NCBI RefSeq assembly: GCF_963506605.1
Contig: NC_083277.1
Coordinates: 992,001-1,056,000 of the forward strand
Length of the DNA stretch: 64,000 bases
DNA from: Zootoca vivipara
Lineage: Eukaryota
Reading direction: 5' to 3'
Each line of letters begins with the position of its first letter. Position 1 is the first letter of the stretch. A model generated the notes under the pieces. It did not search any database. It saw only the letters and a list, made by a program, of their open reading frames with translations, and was not told the DNA's origin. Of the stretch, positions 46,804-57,700 are shown one piece after another. The position numbers and the translations under genes are program-made.

Positions 46804-49708
46804 ATGGACCCCAGAGGAGGAAGAGCCCTTTGCTGCCTCTGGGCGACCCTCCTCCTCGCCCCGCCAAGGGCCGGAGCCCTGAAAGGTCAGGGGGCGCAGG
46901 AGGGAGAGGGGAGATGTCTGGGGAGGGGTCCCGGGAGGTGGGTTAGGGGTCCCTGCAGAGAAGCCGGGTGGGGACATCAGGGGTGTAAGATTGCGCCCCT
47001 GGGCGTTGCTTGTGGGCAAAGCTGGAGGGGTCTCTTGGGATACAGGCAGGAGAAGCCCCCTCCCCCTGACAGGTGCAGAATCTGAACCCGGGAATACGGA
47101 GGGGCTGGCGAGAGGAAGGAAATTGGACGCCTCCCCCCCCCCCAAAAGAAAGAGGCGGGTGGAGGAATGTGAGGGAGGCTCTGATCCCTGAACTAAGCAG
47201 GTCCAGGTTTTTTTTTTAAAAAAAAGGGGGGGTGGGGGGCTTAGTGCAATTCATTCATGAGGATCCGTTTAAAATCATCTGGATCCGCGTTTTACCCTGT
47301 CCCGCTTTTCTGTTGGAAGGAGGGAAAGGTATATAAGACCATAATTGTTCTTTCTCCTTTAGGAGCTAGGCTGCCACAGAGACCTGCCTGGTTCACCAGT
47401 TGTGACCCCCAAAAGGCATCAGCCCCCCCACATTCCTAATACCCCCCCTCCGAAGACAGAGTGGTCTCTCTCCTCCCCAGCAACACAATAGAGGCCAGAA
47501 ACTTTGGTGTACCATAAAAAAAAATATCTCTGAGCAGAACACTTATGAACTCGGAGGAAATCCATGTATTCTTGGTTTCACTTTGGGGCAAAGAGCTCAG
47601 GGCAGAGTTACATCCTTGCTATATTCACAACAACCCTCTGAGGAGACATGGATTGGTCTCTTGAAGGATTACTCTAACTCTCTATCTGCCAGAGTCACCC
47701 CACACACAAATGCACCCCAAGATCACCTTTTGGGGCTGTTACGGCTGTGAAATGAAGGGATTATAAAATTGACATGTGTGTGTGTTTGGGGGCAGAACAA
47801 GCCCCTCCTCCTTAGAGAGCCTTCCTGGTGGTGGCCCCATTCCTAGCAATGGGGCAGGTTCTCCCTCATCCTCCTGCAGGGTCCTAATGCCTCCCCCTCT
47901 CTCTCCCACCCCTGCAGTGGAGGACACCCTGGTGGAGCTGGACTTCTTCCAGGAGAGCTTCCCTTCGGAGAAGAAGTCCGGGGAGTTCCTGCTGGAGTTT
48001 GACAACGAGGAGATCCTGCACGTGGACTGGGAGAAGAAGCAGAATGTCTGGAGGCTGCCGGACTTCCAGCGCTTCACCAGCTTCGAGGTGCAGGGCGCCC
48101 TGGCCAACATCGCCGTCATGAAGAACAACATGGAGGTGCTCATGAAGCGAAGCAACCGCACCCGTGCCCTGAACGGTAGGACACGCCAGGGGGGCAGGGA
48201 AGAGAGCTGGGGGGCAGGCAGGGGGTGGTCTCTTGGCTTCTGACACGGAAGACACTTCAGGCCCCTGGCTGACTGAGACAGGCTAAAAGGAAAGGAAAAC
48301 CTGATGGGAGGGGCAGCATTGCACTTTGTACAAGCTCAGAGGCTTTCCCAAACCTAGACACCCGGTGCAGAAATACCCACAGCAGTTAATGTAGTGCACA
48401 TGGTGTGGGAGATTTTGCAGCCAAATCTCACAATGCATATTCTTGCTAGTTAGCATGTGAAGGGTTCCAGTCCACAGAGCTGTACTGGTGATACAGGGAC
48501 TGAGAACATTGAAATGTAATTGGTAGAGAGGAATTTGGATGATGTTATCCCCCACCCCACGCCTGGGGAGGAAGAAGAAAGTAGTATTTTCTTCTCTCTC
48601 TCCCTTTGACCAATGATGGAAGCAGAGAGGCCCCCACTTGCTCCAATTTCAGGCACATGCCTGAATTTGTTTTTTGCTGTGAAATCAAATATTTTGTCTA
48701 TGTTGTTTTAATGCTGTTGGTGCTGAGGATGAATGCTTGACTGTGAGCAAATATATGTTTTAAACTTCCTTTTCAGCTGAAGAACAACGAGAAGGTCACC
48801 AAGGGCGTGGAGGAGACAGACTTCTACCCCAGTGTGGACAACACATTCCGCAAGTTCTCCTACCTCCCCTTCGTCCCTGAGCAGGGAGACATCTACGTCT
48901 GCCAAGTGGAGCACTGGGGCATCCCAGAGGGAAAGATGGAGAAGACATGGGGTAAGCACCGGGCAGGATTGGGGCTTTTCTCTGGGACTTAAATTCAGAA
49001 ACCCAGATTCATAGCTTATAAGAAACACGTTCTGATGATTGTGTTTTATGCAAATGAAGTACATTGGCACTTTTGAATATTTATTCTGGTCTTCCTAGCT
49101 GTAGGAGACAGTAAGGTGCTCAGCCCCCTTCAGGGGTTGCTCACTAAACAACTAAACAACATTGTATCTGACGAATTGTGCATGCACACGAAAGCTCATA
49201 CCAAAATAAAAACTTAGTTGGTCTTTAAGGTGCTACTGAAGGAATTTTTTTATTTTGTTTCGACTAAACAACAGTGTATTAAGGGCTGTGGGGCCTGCGT
49301 GCCAGGACTCCTGGGTTCTTTCTTCTGCTGAACGCACGCAAAGAAACAGAGTCCCTCCTACCCCTGTCCTCTCTCTCTCTCCATCCCAGTTTCCAAGGCG
49401 CCCTCTCCCATCCCGGAGACGATGGAGAACGTGCTGTGTGCCCTGGGCTTGGCCTTTGGCATCCTGGGCATCATCGCTGGCACCATCCTTTTCTTCAAGG
49501 CCATGAGGATGAATGGTCGCAGGGGCCTCATGTGAGTCGAACCTGTTTCCCTTCATGGGCTCAGAGACAAATGCAAGGGAAGGCAAAATACATGGGGGAG
49601 GGGGCCTTTCCCACAGCAAATGGGTGTGGTGGGCCTCACCCTGCCCAGAAGGTGCTCAGCCTCAATACTTCGAGCTCACCAGCTCCCTTCTCCTTCCTTC
49701 TCAGATAA
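46804..49708 (+). pseudogene. MHC class II alpha copy 1 with a 5'-truncated alpha-2 exon (probable pseudogene or alpha2-less isoform)
   Basis: Exons 46804-46885 (leader), 47918-48175 (alpha-1: GEFLLEFDNEEILHVD...LANIAVMKNN), remnant 48777-48951 (175 of 285 nt; first Ig Cys lost; out of phase), 49390-49531 (TM) and 49705 onward (stop, 3'UTR). Confidence 0.8.
49164..49262 (+). mobile_element. Penelope-like remnant with a degenerate hammerhead motif in alpha intron 3
   Basis: GTATCTGACGAATTGTGCATGCACACGAAAGCTCATAC...; near-identical copy at about 63478-63576. Confidence 0.6.
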
Positions 49709-49968
49709 TGGAGGATTCCTTTCCTGACTGCCTCTTCCTTAAACCTTCTCAGCTCAGCTCCTTTGCCAAGAGTCTCTTCTGCTATAATTCAGATGGAACG
49801 AGTTGCTACCTCCATGTGAAGCTTATCCTTAGAAGCTTTTTGGATAATATGTTTAACTTTTGAGAACAATTATGATAGCCAAAGATGCTTAGGCAGACTT
49901 ACATTACTTTTCTCCCTTTTATGTTTCCCTCTTAACAAAGAAATTGCTCTCAGAGTGTTTAAGTAAAC

Positions 49969-49974
49969 AATAAA
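49969..49974 (+). terminator. Polyadenylation signal of alpha copy 1
   Basis: AATAAA about 260 nt into the terminal exon. Confidence 0.6.
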
Positions 49975-51312
49975 AGTATATGATTTACTCACATGAAATG
50001 TCTTGCCCATGGTTCAATAGTTATAGCTCCCTCTATACATGTTCTGTAATTCCCTGGTGCCTTTGCTTCTGGATGTCCAGTAATCGTGGATTTTATAGAA
50101 TCATAGAATCCTAGAGTTGGGAGGGACCCCAAGGGTAATCTAGTCCAACCCCCTGCATTGCAGGAATCTCAGCTAAATCATCTCTGACAGAGGGGCTTGT
50201 GGTTTGGCTGAAAATCCTCCCACAAACTCCAGGATTGAGTCAGGATAGGGGTTTTTTTTGGGGGGGGGTCCCTGCTTTGCCTCGCCTTGCATCTGCATGG
50301 CTCAAGGAGACCCCCTGCCAACAAAGTGTCAGGCATACTAATTCCTATCTCCACCCCACTTACCAAAAACATTCACCTCCCTCTCCAGTTTTTGGAGAGA
50401 GCCTTACTCAGTTCCGTGCATTGCACTGCAGGAAGAGACCCCTCAGGTGTTTCCTTAACCCCAAAGAGAATTCATTAAACTTGTTGGGGAAGTTTAGTTG
50501 TGAAGAGACCCCAAACACCTTTCTCATCCACATAAAGCACATAAAGCAGGGTTGTATCTGTCTGCGTGGAGGAAAAGATCCTTTATTCATCCGCAAAACT
50601 TTCCCAATGGCTTCTGTGTAGCCCATATTTCAAAAGCAATGAATAAATATTTCAGTTTGTTGATTTGTTTCTAGTCCTGTTTTCTCTGCCCATAAGCTCT
50701 GGATATATTTATTATTTTAAAATGAAAAGGTGAAGTGTTGAGGAAATGGGCAGCATTTCAATCAGAGTGGCTATATGGACCCCTCATGCTCTTAGGGCCA
50801 AATTCTGGGAGATAAAAGAAGACCAGGGGAGGGAGCTGGAGCAGAGGGACCCTTATCAGTCTGATAACCCAACTCTTCTGGTCCTCAGGGCCTGCTGTGC
50901 GTTGTGTGAAGCACCAAACCATTATCCCACAGGATCCACCCGGGAACCTCACTCTGTGGGAACAAAGGAGAGAAACAGAACAGCCCATCCCCCTGTCCTA
51001 AAATGCCTCACCAGAGCAATACATCTGCTCTTCCTGAGAGGAGTGAGTGAGGGGCGGGGAGAGGAAGAAAATGGGCAGAGACCCCCCTCCAAATGCAGTG
51101 TGCATGACTGCATCTCTTCTGCCAGGGGGAACAACCCACAGGGGAGGGGTGTGTTTCTGGACATGCAAGGTCAGGATGTGACCCAGTCAGCCTGGCCAAA
51201 CCTCCATCATGATTTGGCTGTGTTGCCTGGATCATGCCTTGAAACCCTCAGGGAAGGCTTCACTCTTTTCTGGTGCCTCCCTATCTTGCCCCTGTTTTTG
51301 TGTCCAATTTAA

Positions 51313-53148
51313 GATAAATTAATGCAAGTTGAAGGAGTTGTTCAGCTCTTTCTCTCCCCCTTGCAAGAGTCTCCAGAAGGTAAATGACACCACAGGGGGG
51401 GGTTTGGGAGAGGCGTCCTTCCTGGAGCCAAGCCTTGAGCAGGAGCATCACAGAGGCCAACAGACAAGGCCCAGCTTGCTCTGCAATCTCATACTTTCTC
51501 CTGGATCTCAGGTGGTGGGATCCAAATGGGGGGGAGCCAATTAATGTTGTTGTTTAGTCGTTTAGTCATGTCCGACTCTTCGTAATCCCATGAACCAGAG
51601 CACACCAGGCAATTAATGCAGCAACACAAAAGGCTGAGTTTGGCAGAGGGTCAGGGCAGGAGTGCCGTCAGGGCAAGACTTGGGGGAAGAAGGCCAGGGC
51701 CCCAGTCAGCAGAAGGAGCAGGAGGCCCCTCAAGGCTGCAGGGCTGACTCTCCACATCTGGAAGCAGCTGAAGTAACACATGCTACCTGTACCTCTTTAA
51801 GGAGCGCATGAGTCGGAGTCTAGCCTTGCCAAGAGACCCCAAGTGGGATGAGAAGGGGCCCCTGAGCAGTGATCCTTCAGTATGGCAACATTTCTCAAAT
51901 TTGGGATAAATGCAAGTGAACAGGGGCCTCCACAGCAGGTGGGCTGATCCCCAAAAGTCAGAAGTTGGAGAAGGGCTTATCCAGAGGGAAAGAGTTAGTG
52001 AGAAAGTGGGGTGTGGGTGGCCTAATCTTTGCAGGCTGTCTTCTTCCTCCTCCTTCCTCCCTCTTGGCTCTAAAAGGCTCCTTCTCCCCTTCAGCAGCCT
52101 AGGAGACAGTCAGAGACCAGCAAGTGCGGCACTCGTCTAAGGGGGTTGGGGGGTTGGGAGAGGCGGCCTTCCTGGCGCCAAGCCTTGAGCAGGAACATCG
52201 CAGAGGTTTTTGTGTCCTCATTAATAATAATAATAATAATTTATTTATACCCCGCCCATCTGGCTGGGTTTCCCCAGCCACTCTGGGCGGCTTCCAACAG
52301 AAATATTAAAATAGACTAATTTCTTAAAGATTAAAAGCTTCCCTAAACAGGGCTGCCTTCAGATGTCCTCTAAAAGTCTGGTAGTTGCTTTTCTCTTTGA
52401 CATCTGGTGGGAGGGCGGATAAATTAATGCAAGTTGAAGGAGTTGTTCAGCTCTTTCTCTCCCCCTTGCAAGAGTCTCCAGAAGATAAATGACACCACAG
52501 AGGGGGGTTGGGAGAGGCGTCCTTCCTGGAGCCAAGCCTTGTGCAGGAACATCACAGAAGCCAACAGACAAGGCCCAGCTTGGTCTGCAATCTCATCCTG
52601 GATCTCAAATGGGTGGCATCCAAATTAGGGGGGAGCCTATTAATGCAGCAACACAAAAAGGCCGAATTTGGCAGAGCGGCAGGGCAGGAGTGCCATCAGG
52701 GCAAGACTTGGGGGAAGAAGGCCAGGGCCCCAGTCAGCAGAAGGAGCAGGAGGCCCCTCAAGGCTGCAGGGCTGACTCTCCACATCTGGAAGCAGCTGAA
52801 GTAACACATGCTACCAGTACGGAGGGTAAGAGTCAGAATCTGCATTGCCAAGAGACCCCAAGTGGGATGAGAAGGGGCCCCTGAGCAGTGATCCTTCAGT
52901 ATGGCAACATTTCTCAAATTTGGGATAAATGCAAGTGAACAGGGGCCTCCACAGCAGGTGGGCTGATCCCCAAAAGTCAGAAGTTGGAGAAGGGCTGATC
53001 CAGAGGGAAAGGTGAGGGATAAATTGGAGTGTCGTTGGCCTGATCTTTGCAGGCTGTTTTCTTCCTCCTTTCTCCCCCTTGCCTATAAAAGGCTCCTTCT
53101 CCCCTTCAGCAGCCTAGGAGACAGTCAGAGACCAGCAAGTGCGGCACT
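51313..53148. repeat. Tandem duplication of a unit of about 0.75 kb (51313-52134 and 52418-53148), with a partial third copy and an L2 tail between
   Basis: Both units start GATAAATTAATGCAAGTTGAAGG and end CAGCAAGTGCGGCACTC; unit 1 carries a BovB tail (51547-51609, TSD CAATTAATG). Confidence 0.9.
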
Positions 53149-53181
53149 CTAATGGGTTTGGCAAGAGCAAGGCGTTTCCCG

Positions 53182-53223
53182 CCCAGCAACTGATGACCAG
53201 GCAGCGTCGGGACCTGTGATTGG
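53182..53223 (+). promoter_or_regulatory. Orphan MHC II-type X1-X2-Y module (distal enhancer or alternative promoter)
   Basis: CCCAGCAACTGATG-ACCAGG...(20 nt)...GTGATTGG(CT). Confidence 0.75.
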
Positions 53224-54207
53224 CTCCCATCAAGCCTACCCTCCAGGAAAGTCCCCAGCAGGACAATCCAATAGCCCCCCCCCCAAGTAGCAGGAGCAAT
53301 TGCAACTACTGTATGCTTTCCCCCTCCCCCAACGCTGTTTTTTGCTTCAAAGCAGAAGTGGAGATTGTGACATTCGGATTCCCTCGAAACAGGAACTTTT
53401 AAAACAAGTACTGTAATTAGTTAATTGGAGCAGCTCTGGATTTAAGACCCGCTTCAAATAATTTATGGGGGGGGGGAGTTAAGACGCTCTCTTCTCCCCA
53501 TTGTCAATAATCATCCCGTGTAAAATGTGAAATCCAACACTCTAATTTCTATTTTGGGGCTTAAATGCAAATCTGCAAATGGCAGACCCTTCATATTCCA
53601 CTACCAACAACGTTTGCAAGCCGTGAGCTTGTAACAGCCTCTGCATTTTGCAGACTTCTGGGCCCATAGCACATGTCTCCCTCCCCCACCTCTCCTTCCT
53701 CCTGCCCCCTTGTTTCTGGCATCAGAGGAGACGTTGCAGAAAGGCGCTTGGGGGGAGCGTTTCGCTTCCCCACGCATGGAGGCCTGGAGCACAGCTCAGC
53801 ATTCAGGGAAATGAAAGAGGGAAGCTGGCCAGGATCCAGGAGACTGAGGTCAACAGGGAGCGCAGCAAAACCTCCTCACATAGAAGAAGCTTCCAGCCCC
53901 CCCCCTACAGCACAGCCCCCCCTTCAGCCCAGCAGCAATGGTTTAAGAGGAATTGCAATTTCAGATAAGGACCCCCTTGGGAATGGCTGAGCTGAATGGA
54001 ATGGGGCTGGGCAAGCCCCATAGCATCCTCTGCTAGAGAAATAGGGGCTCCTTGGCACAAGGTGGGGGGAGATTGAAGGTCTTGCTGGTTGTCACTCATG
54101 ACAGTCGAGAAGAGAAACAGAGCAGCCCCCTCCCTCTTGCGTCCCTAGAGCAAAGTGGGCCATCTCTTCCTAAGGCAGGAGGAATGATTTCGGTGGGCTG
54201 TGGGGCA

Positions 54208-54349
54208 GGAGTCTCCTTCTCTGGAGGTCTTTAAGCAGAGGCTTGACAGGCATATGTCAAGAATGCTTTGATGGTGTTTCCTGCTTGGCAGGGGGTTGGA
54301 CTGGATGGCCCTTGTGGTCTCTTCCAACTCTAGGATTCTATGATTCTAT
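54208..54349 (+). mobile_element. CR1 3' end fragment
   Basis: GGAGTCTCCTTCTCTGGAGG...GATTCTATGATTCTATG. Confidence 0.85.
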
Positions 54350-54724
54350 GAGGAAGAGGAGAGAACATGCAGAGACCCCTCCAAGTCCAGAGCGGATCCT
54401 CAAGGCTATGGGGCACAACCCACAGGGGAGGGTGGGGGGTGTTTCAGGTCAGCCAAGGTCAGGATGTAGCCCAGTCAGGCTGGCCAGACCTCCTTCATGA
54501 GTTGGCTGTGGGGCAGAGACCCAAGACCCCCTTTCCACCCAAAGGTCATCTTTGACTCAGGGCTCCTCTTGCAGCCCACATGGGATCAGGATGCGACCCC
54601 CCCAGTTGAAGACCAGCAGCAGCACAGAAGATGTCTGTCCTGAGAAGCCCAGGGAGAGAAGGAGTCACTGCTTTGGGGGATCTTTCCCCTCCTCTCCCTA
54701 TTCTGTCTCTTCCTTGCAGAAATG

Positions 54725-57700
54725 TTGTTGTTGTTGTTGTTTAGTCGTTTAGTCGTGTCCGACTCTTCGTGACCCCATGGACCATAGCACGCCAGGCACT
54801 CCTGTCTTGCACTGCCTCCCGCAGTTTGGTCAAACTCATGTTCGTAGCTTCGAGAACACTGTCCAACCATCTCGTCCTCTGTCGTCCCCTTCTCCTAGTG
54901 CCCTCAATCTTTCCCAACATCAGGGTCTTTTCCAAGGATTCTTCTCTTCTCATGAGGTGGCCAAAGTATTGGAGCCTCAGCTTCACGATCTGTCCTTCCA
55001 GGGAGCACTCAGGGCTGATTTCCTTAAGAATGGATAGGTTTGATCTTCTTGCAGTCCACGGGACTCTCAAGAGTCTCCTCCAGCACCATAATTCAAAAGC
55101 ATCAATTCTTCGGCGATCAGCCTTCTTTATGGTCCAGCTCTCACTTCCATACATTGCTACTGGGAAAACCATAGCTTTAACTATACGGACCTTTGTCGGC
55201 AAGGTGATGTCTCTGCTTTTTAAGATGCTGTCTAGGTTTGTCATTGCTTTTCTCCCAAGAAGCAGGCGTCTTTTAATTTCGTGACTGCTGTCACCATCTG
55301 CAGTAATCAAGGAGCCCAAGAAGGTGAAATCTCTCACTGCCTCCATTTCTTCCCCTTCTATTTGCCAGGAGGTGATGGGACCAGTGGCCATGATCTTGGT
55401 TTTTTTGATGTTGAGCTTCAGACCATATTTTGCGCTCTCCTCTTTCACCCTCATTAAAAGGTTCTTTAATTCCTCCTCGCTTTCTGCCATCAAGGTTGTG
55501 TCATCTGCATATCTGAGGTTGTTGATATTTCTTCCGGCAATCTTAATTCCTGTTTGGGATTCATCTAGTCCAGCCTTTCGCATGATGAATTCTGCATATA
55601 AGTTAAATAAGCAGGGAGACAATATACAACCTTGTCGTACTCCTTTCCCAATTTTGAACCACTCAGTTGTTCCATATCCAGTTCTGACTGTAGCTTCTTG
55701 TCCCACATAGAGATTTCTCAGGAGACAGATGAGGTGATCAGGCACTCCCATTTCTTTAAGAACTTGCCATAGTTTGTTGTGGTCGACACAGTCAAAGGCT
55801 TTTGCATAGTCAATGAAGCAGAAGTAGACGTTTTTCTGGAACTCTCTAGCTTTCTCCATAATCCAGCGCATGTTTGCTATTTGGTCTCTGGTTCCTCTGC
55901 CTTTTCGAAATCCAGCTTGCACTTCTGGGAGTTCTCGGTCCACATACTGCTTAAGCCTGCCTTGTAGAATTTTAAGCATAACCTTGCTAGCGTGTGAAAT
56001 GAGCGCAATTGTGCGGTAGTTGGAGCATTCTTTGGCACTGCCCTTCTTTGGAATTGGGATGTAGACTGATCTTCTCCAATCCTCTGGCCATTGCTGAGTT
56101 TTCCAAACTTGCTGGCATATTGGGTGTAGCACCTTAACAGCATCATCTTTTAAAATTTTAAATAGTTCAGCTGGAATATCATCACTTCCACTGGCCTTGT
56201 TATTAGCAGTGCTTTCTAAGGCCCATTTGACTTCACTCTCCAAGATGTCTGGCTCAAGGTCAGCAACCACACTACCTGGGGTGTACGAGACCTCCATATC
56301 TTTCTGGTATAATTCCTCTGTGTATTCTTGCCACCTCTTCTTGATGTCTTCTGCTTCTGTTAGGTCCTTACCACTTTTGTCCTTGATTATGGTAATCTTT
56401 GTACAAAATGTTCCTTTCATGTCTCCAATTTTCTTGAACAGATCTCTGGTTTTCCCCATTCTATTGTTTTCCTCTATTTCTTTGCATTGCTCATTTAAGA
56501 AGACCCTCTTGTCTCTCCTTGCTGTTTTTTTGAAATCTGCATTCAGTTTCCTGTATCTTTCCCTATCTCCCTTGCATTTTGCTTGCCTCCTCTCCTCCGC
56601 TATTTGTAAGGCCTCGTTGGACAGCCATTTTGCTTTCTTGCATTTCCTTTTCCTTGGGATGGTTTTCGTTGCTGCCTCCTGTATAATGTTACGAGCCTCC
56701 ATCCATAGTTCTTCAGGCACTCTGTCCACCAAATCTAAATCCTTAAACCTGTTCCTCACTTCCACTGTGTATTCATAAGGGATTTGATTCAGATTGTATC
56801 TTACTGGCCCAGTGGTTTTTCCTACTTTCTTCAGTTTAAGCTGGAATTTTGCTATAAGAAGCTGATGATCTGAGTTACAGTCAGCTCCAGGTCTTGTTTT
56901 TGCTGACTGTATAGAGCTTCTCCATCTTTGGCTGCAGAGAATATAATCAATCTGATTTCGATGCTGCCCATTTGGTGATATCCATGTGTAGAGTCGTCTC
57001 TTGTGTTGTTGGAAGAGAGTGTTTGTGATGACCAGCTTGTTCTCTTGACAGAACTCTATTAGCCTTTGCCCTGCTTCATTTTGAACTCCAAGGCCAAACT
57101 TGCCAGTTGTTCCTTTTATCTCTTGATTCCCTACTTTAGCATTCCAATCCCCTGTAATGAGAAGAACATCCTTCTTTGGTGTCATTTCTAGAAGTTGTTG
57201 TAGGTCTTCATAGAATTGGTCAATTTCACTTTCTTCAGCTCCGGTAGTTGGTGCATAAACTTGGATTACTGTGATGTTAAAAGGTCTGCCTTGGATTCGT
57301 ATCGAGATCATTCTGTCATTTTTGAGGTTGCATCCCATTACAGCTTTTGCCACTCTTTTGTTGACTATGAGGGCCACTCCATTTCTACTACGGGATTCTT
57401 GCCCACAGTAGTAGATATGATAGTCACCCGAACTGAATTCGCCCATTCCCTTCCATTTTAGTTCACTGATGCCCAGGATGTCGATATTTATTCTTGTCAT
57501 CTCATTTTTGACCACATCCAGCTTACCTCCACTCATGGTTCTTACATTCCAGGTTCCTATGCAATATTTTTCTTTACAGCATCGGACTTTCCTTTCGCTT
57601 CCAGGCATATCCGCAACTGAGCGTCCTTTCGGCTTTGGCCCAGCCGCTTCATCAGCTCTGAATCTACTTGTACTTGTCCTCCGCTCTTCCTCAGTAGCAT

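Noticed and set aside
56197-56778. Hydrophobic plus-strand ORF (also 61601-62182)
   Set aside because: Antisense frame of the BovB ORF
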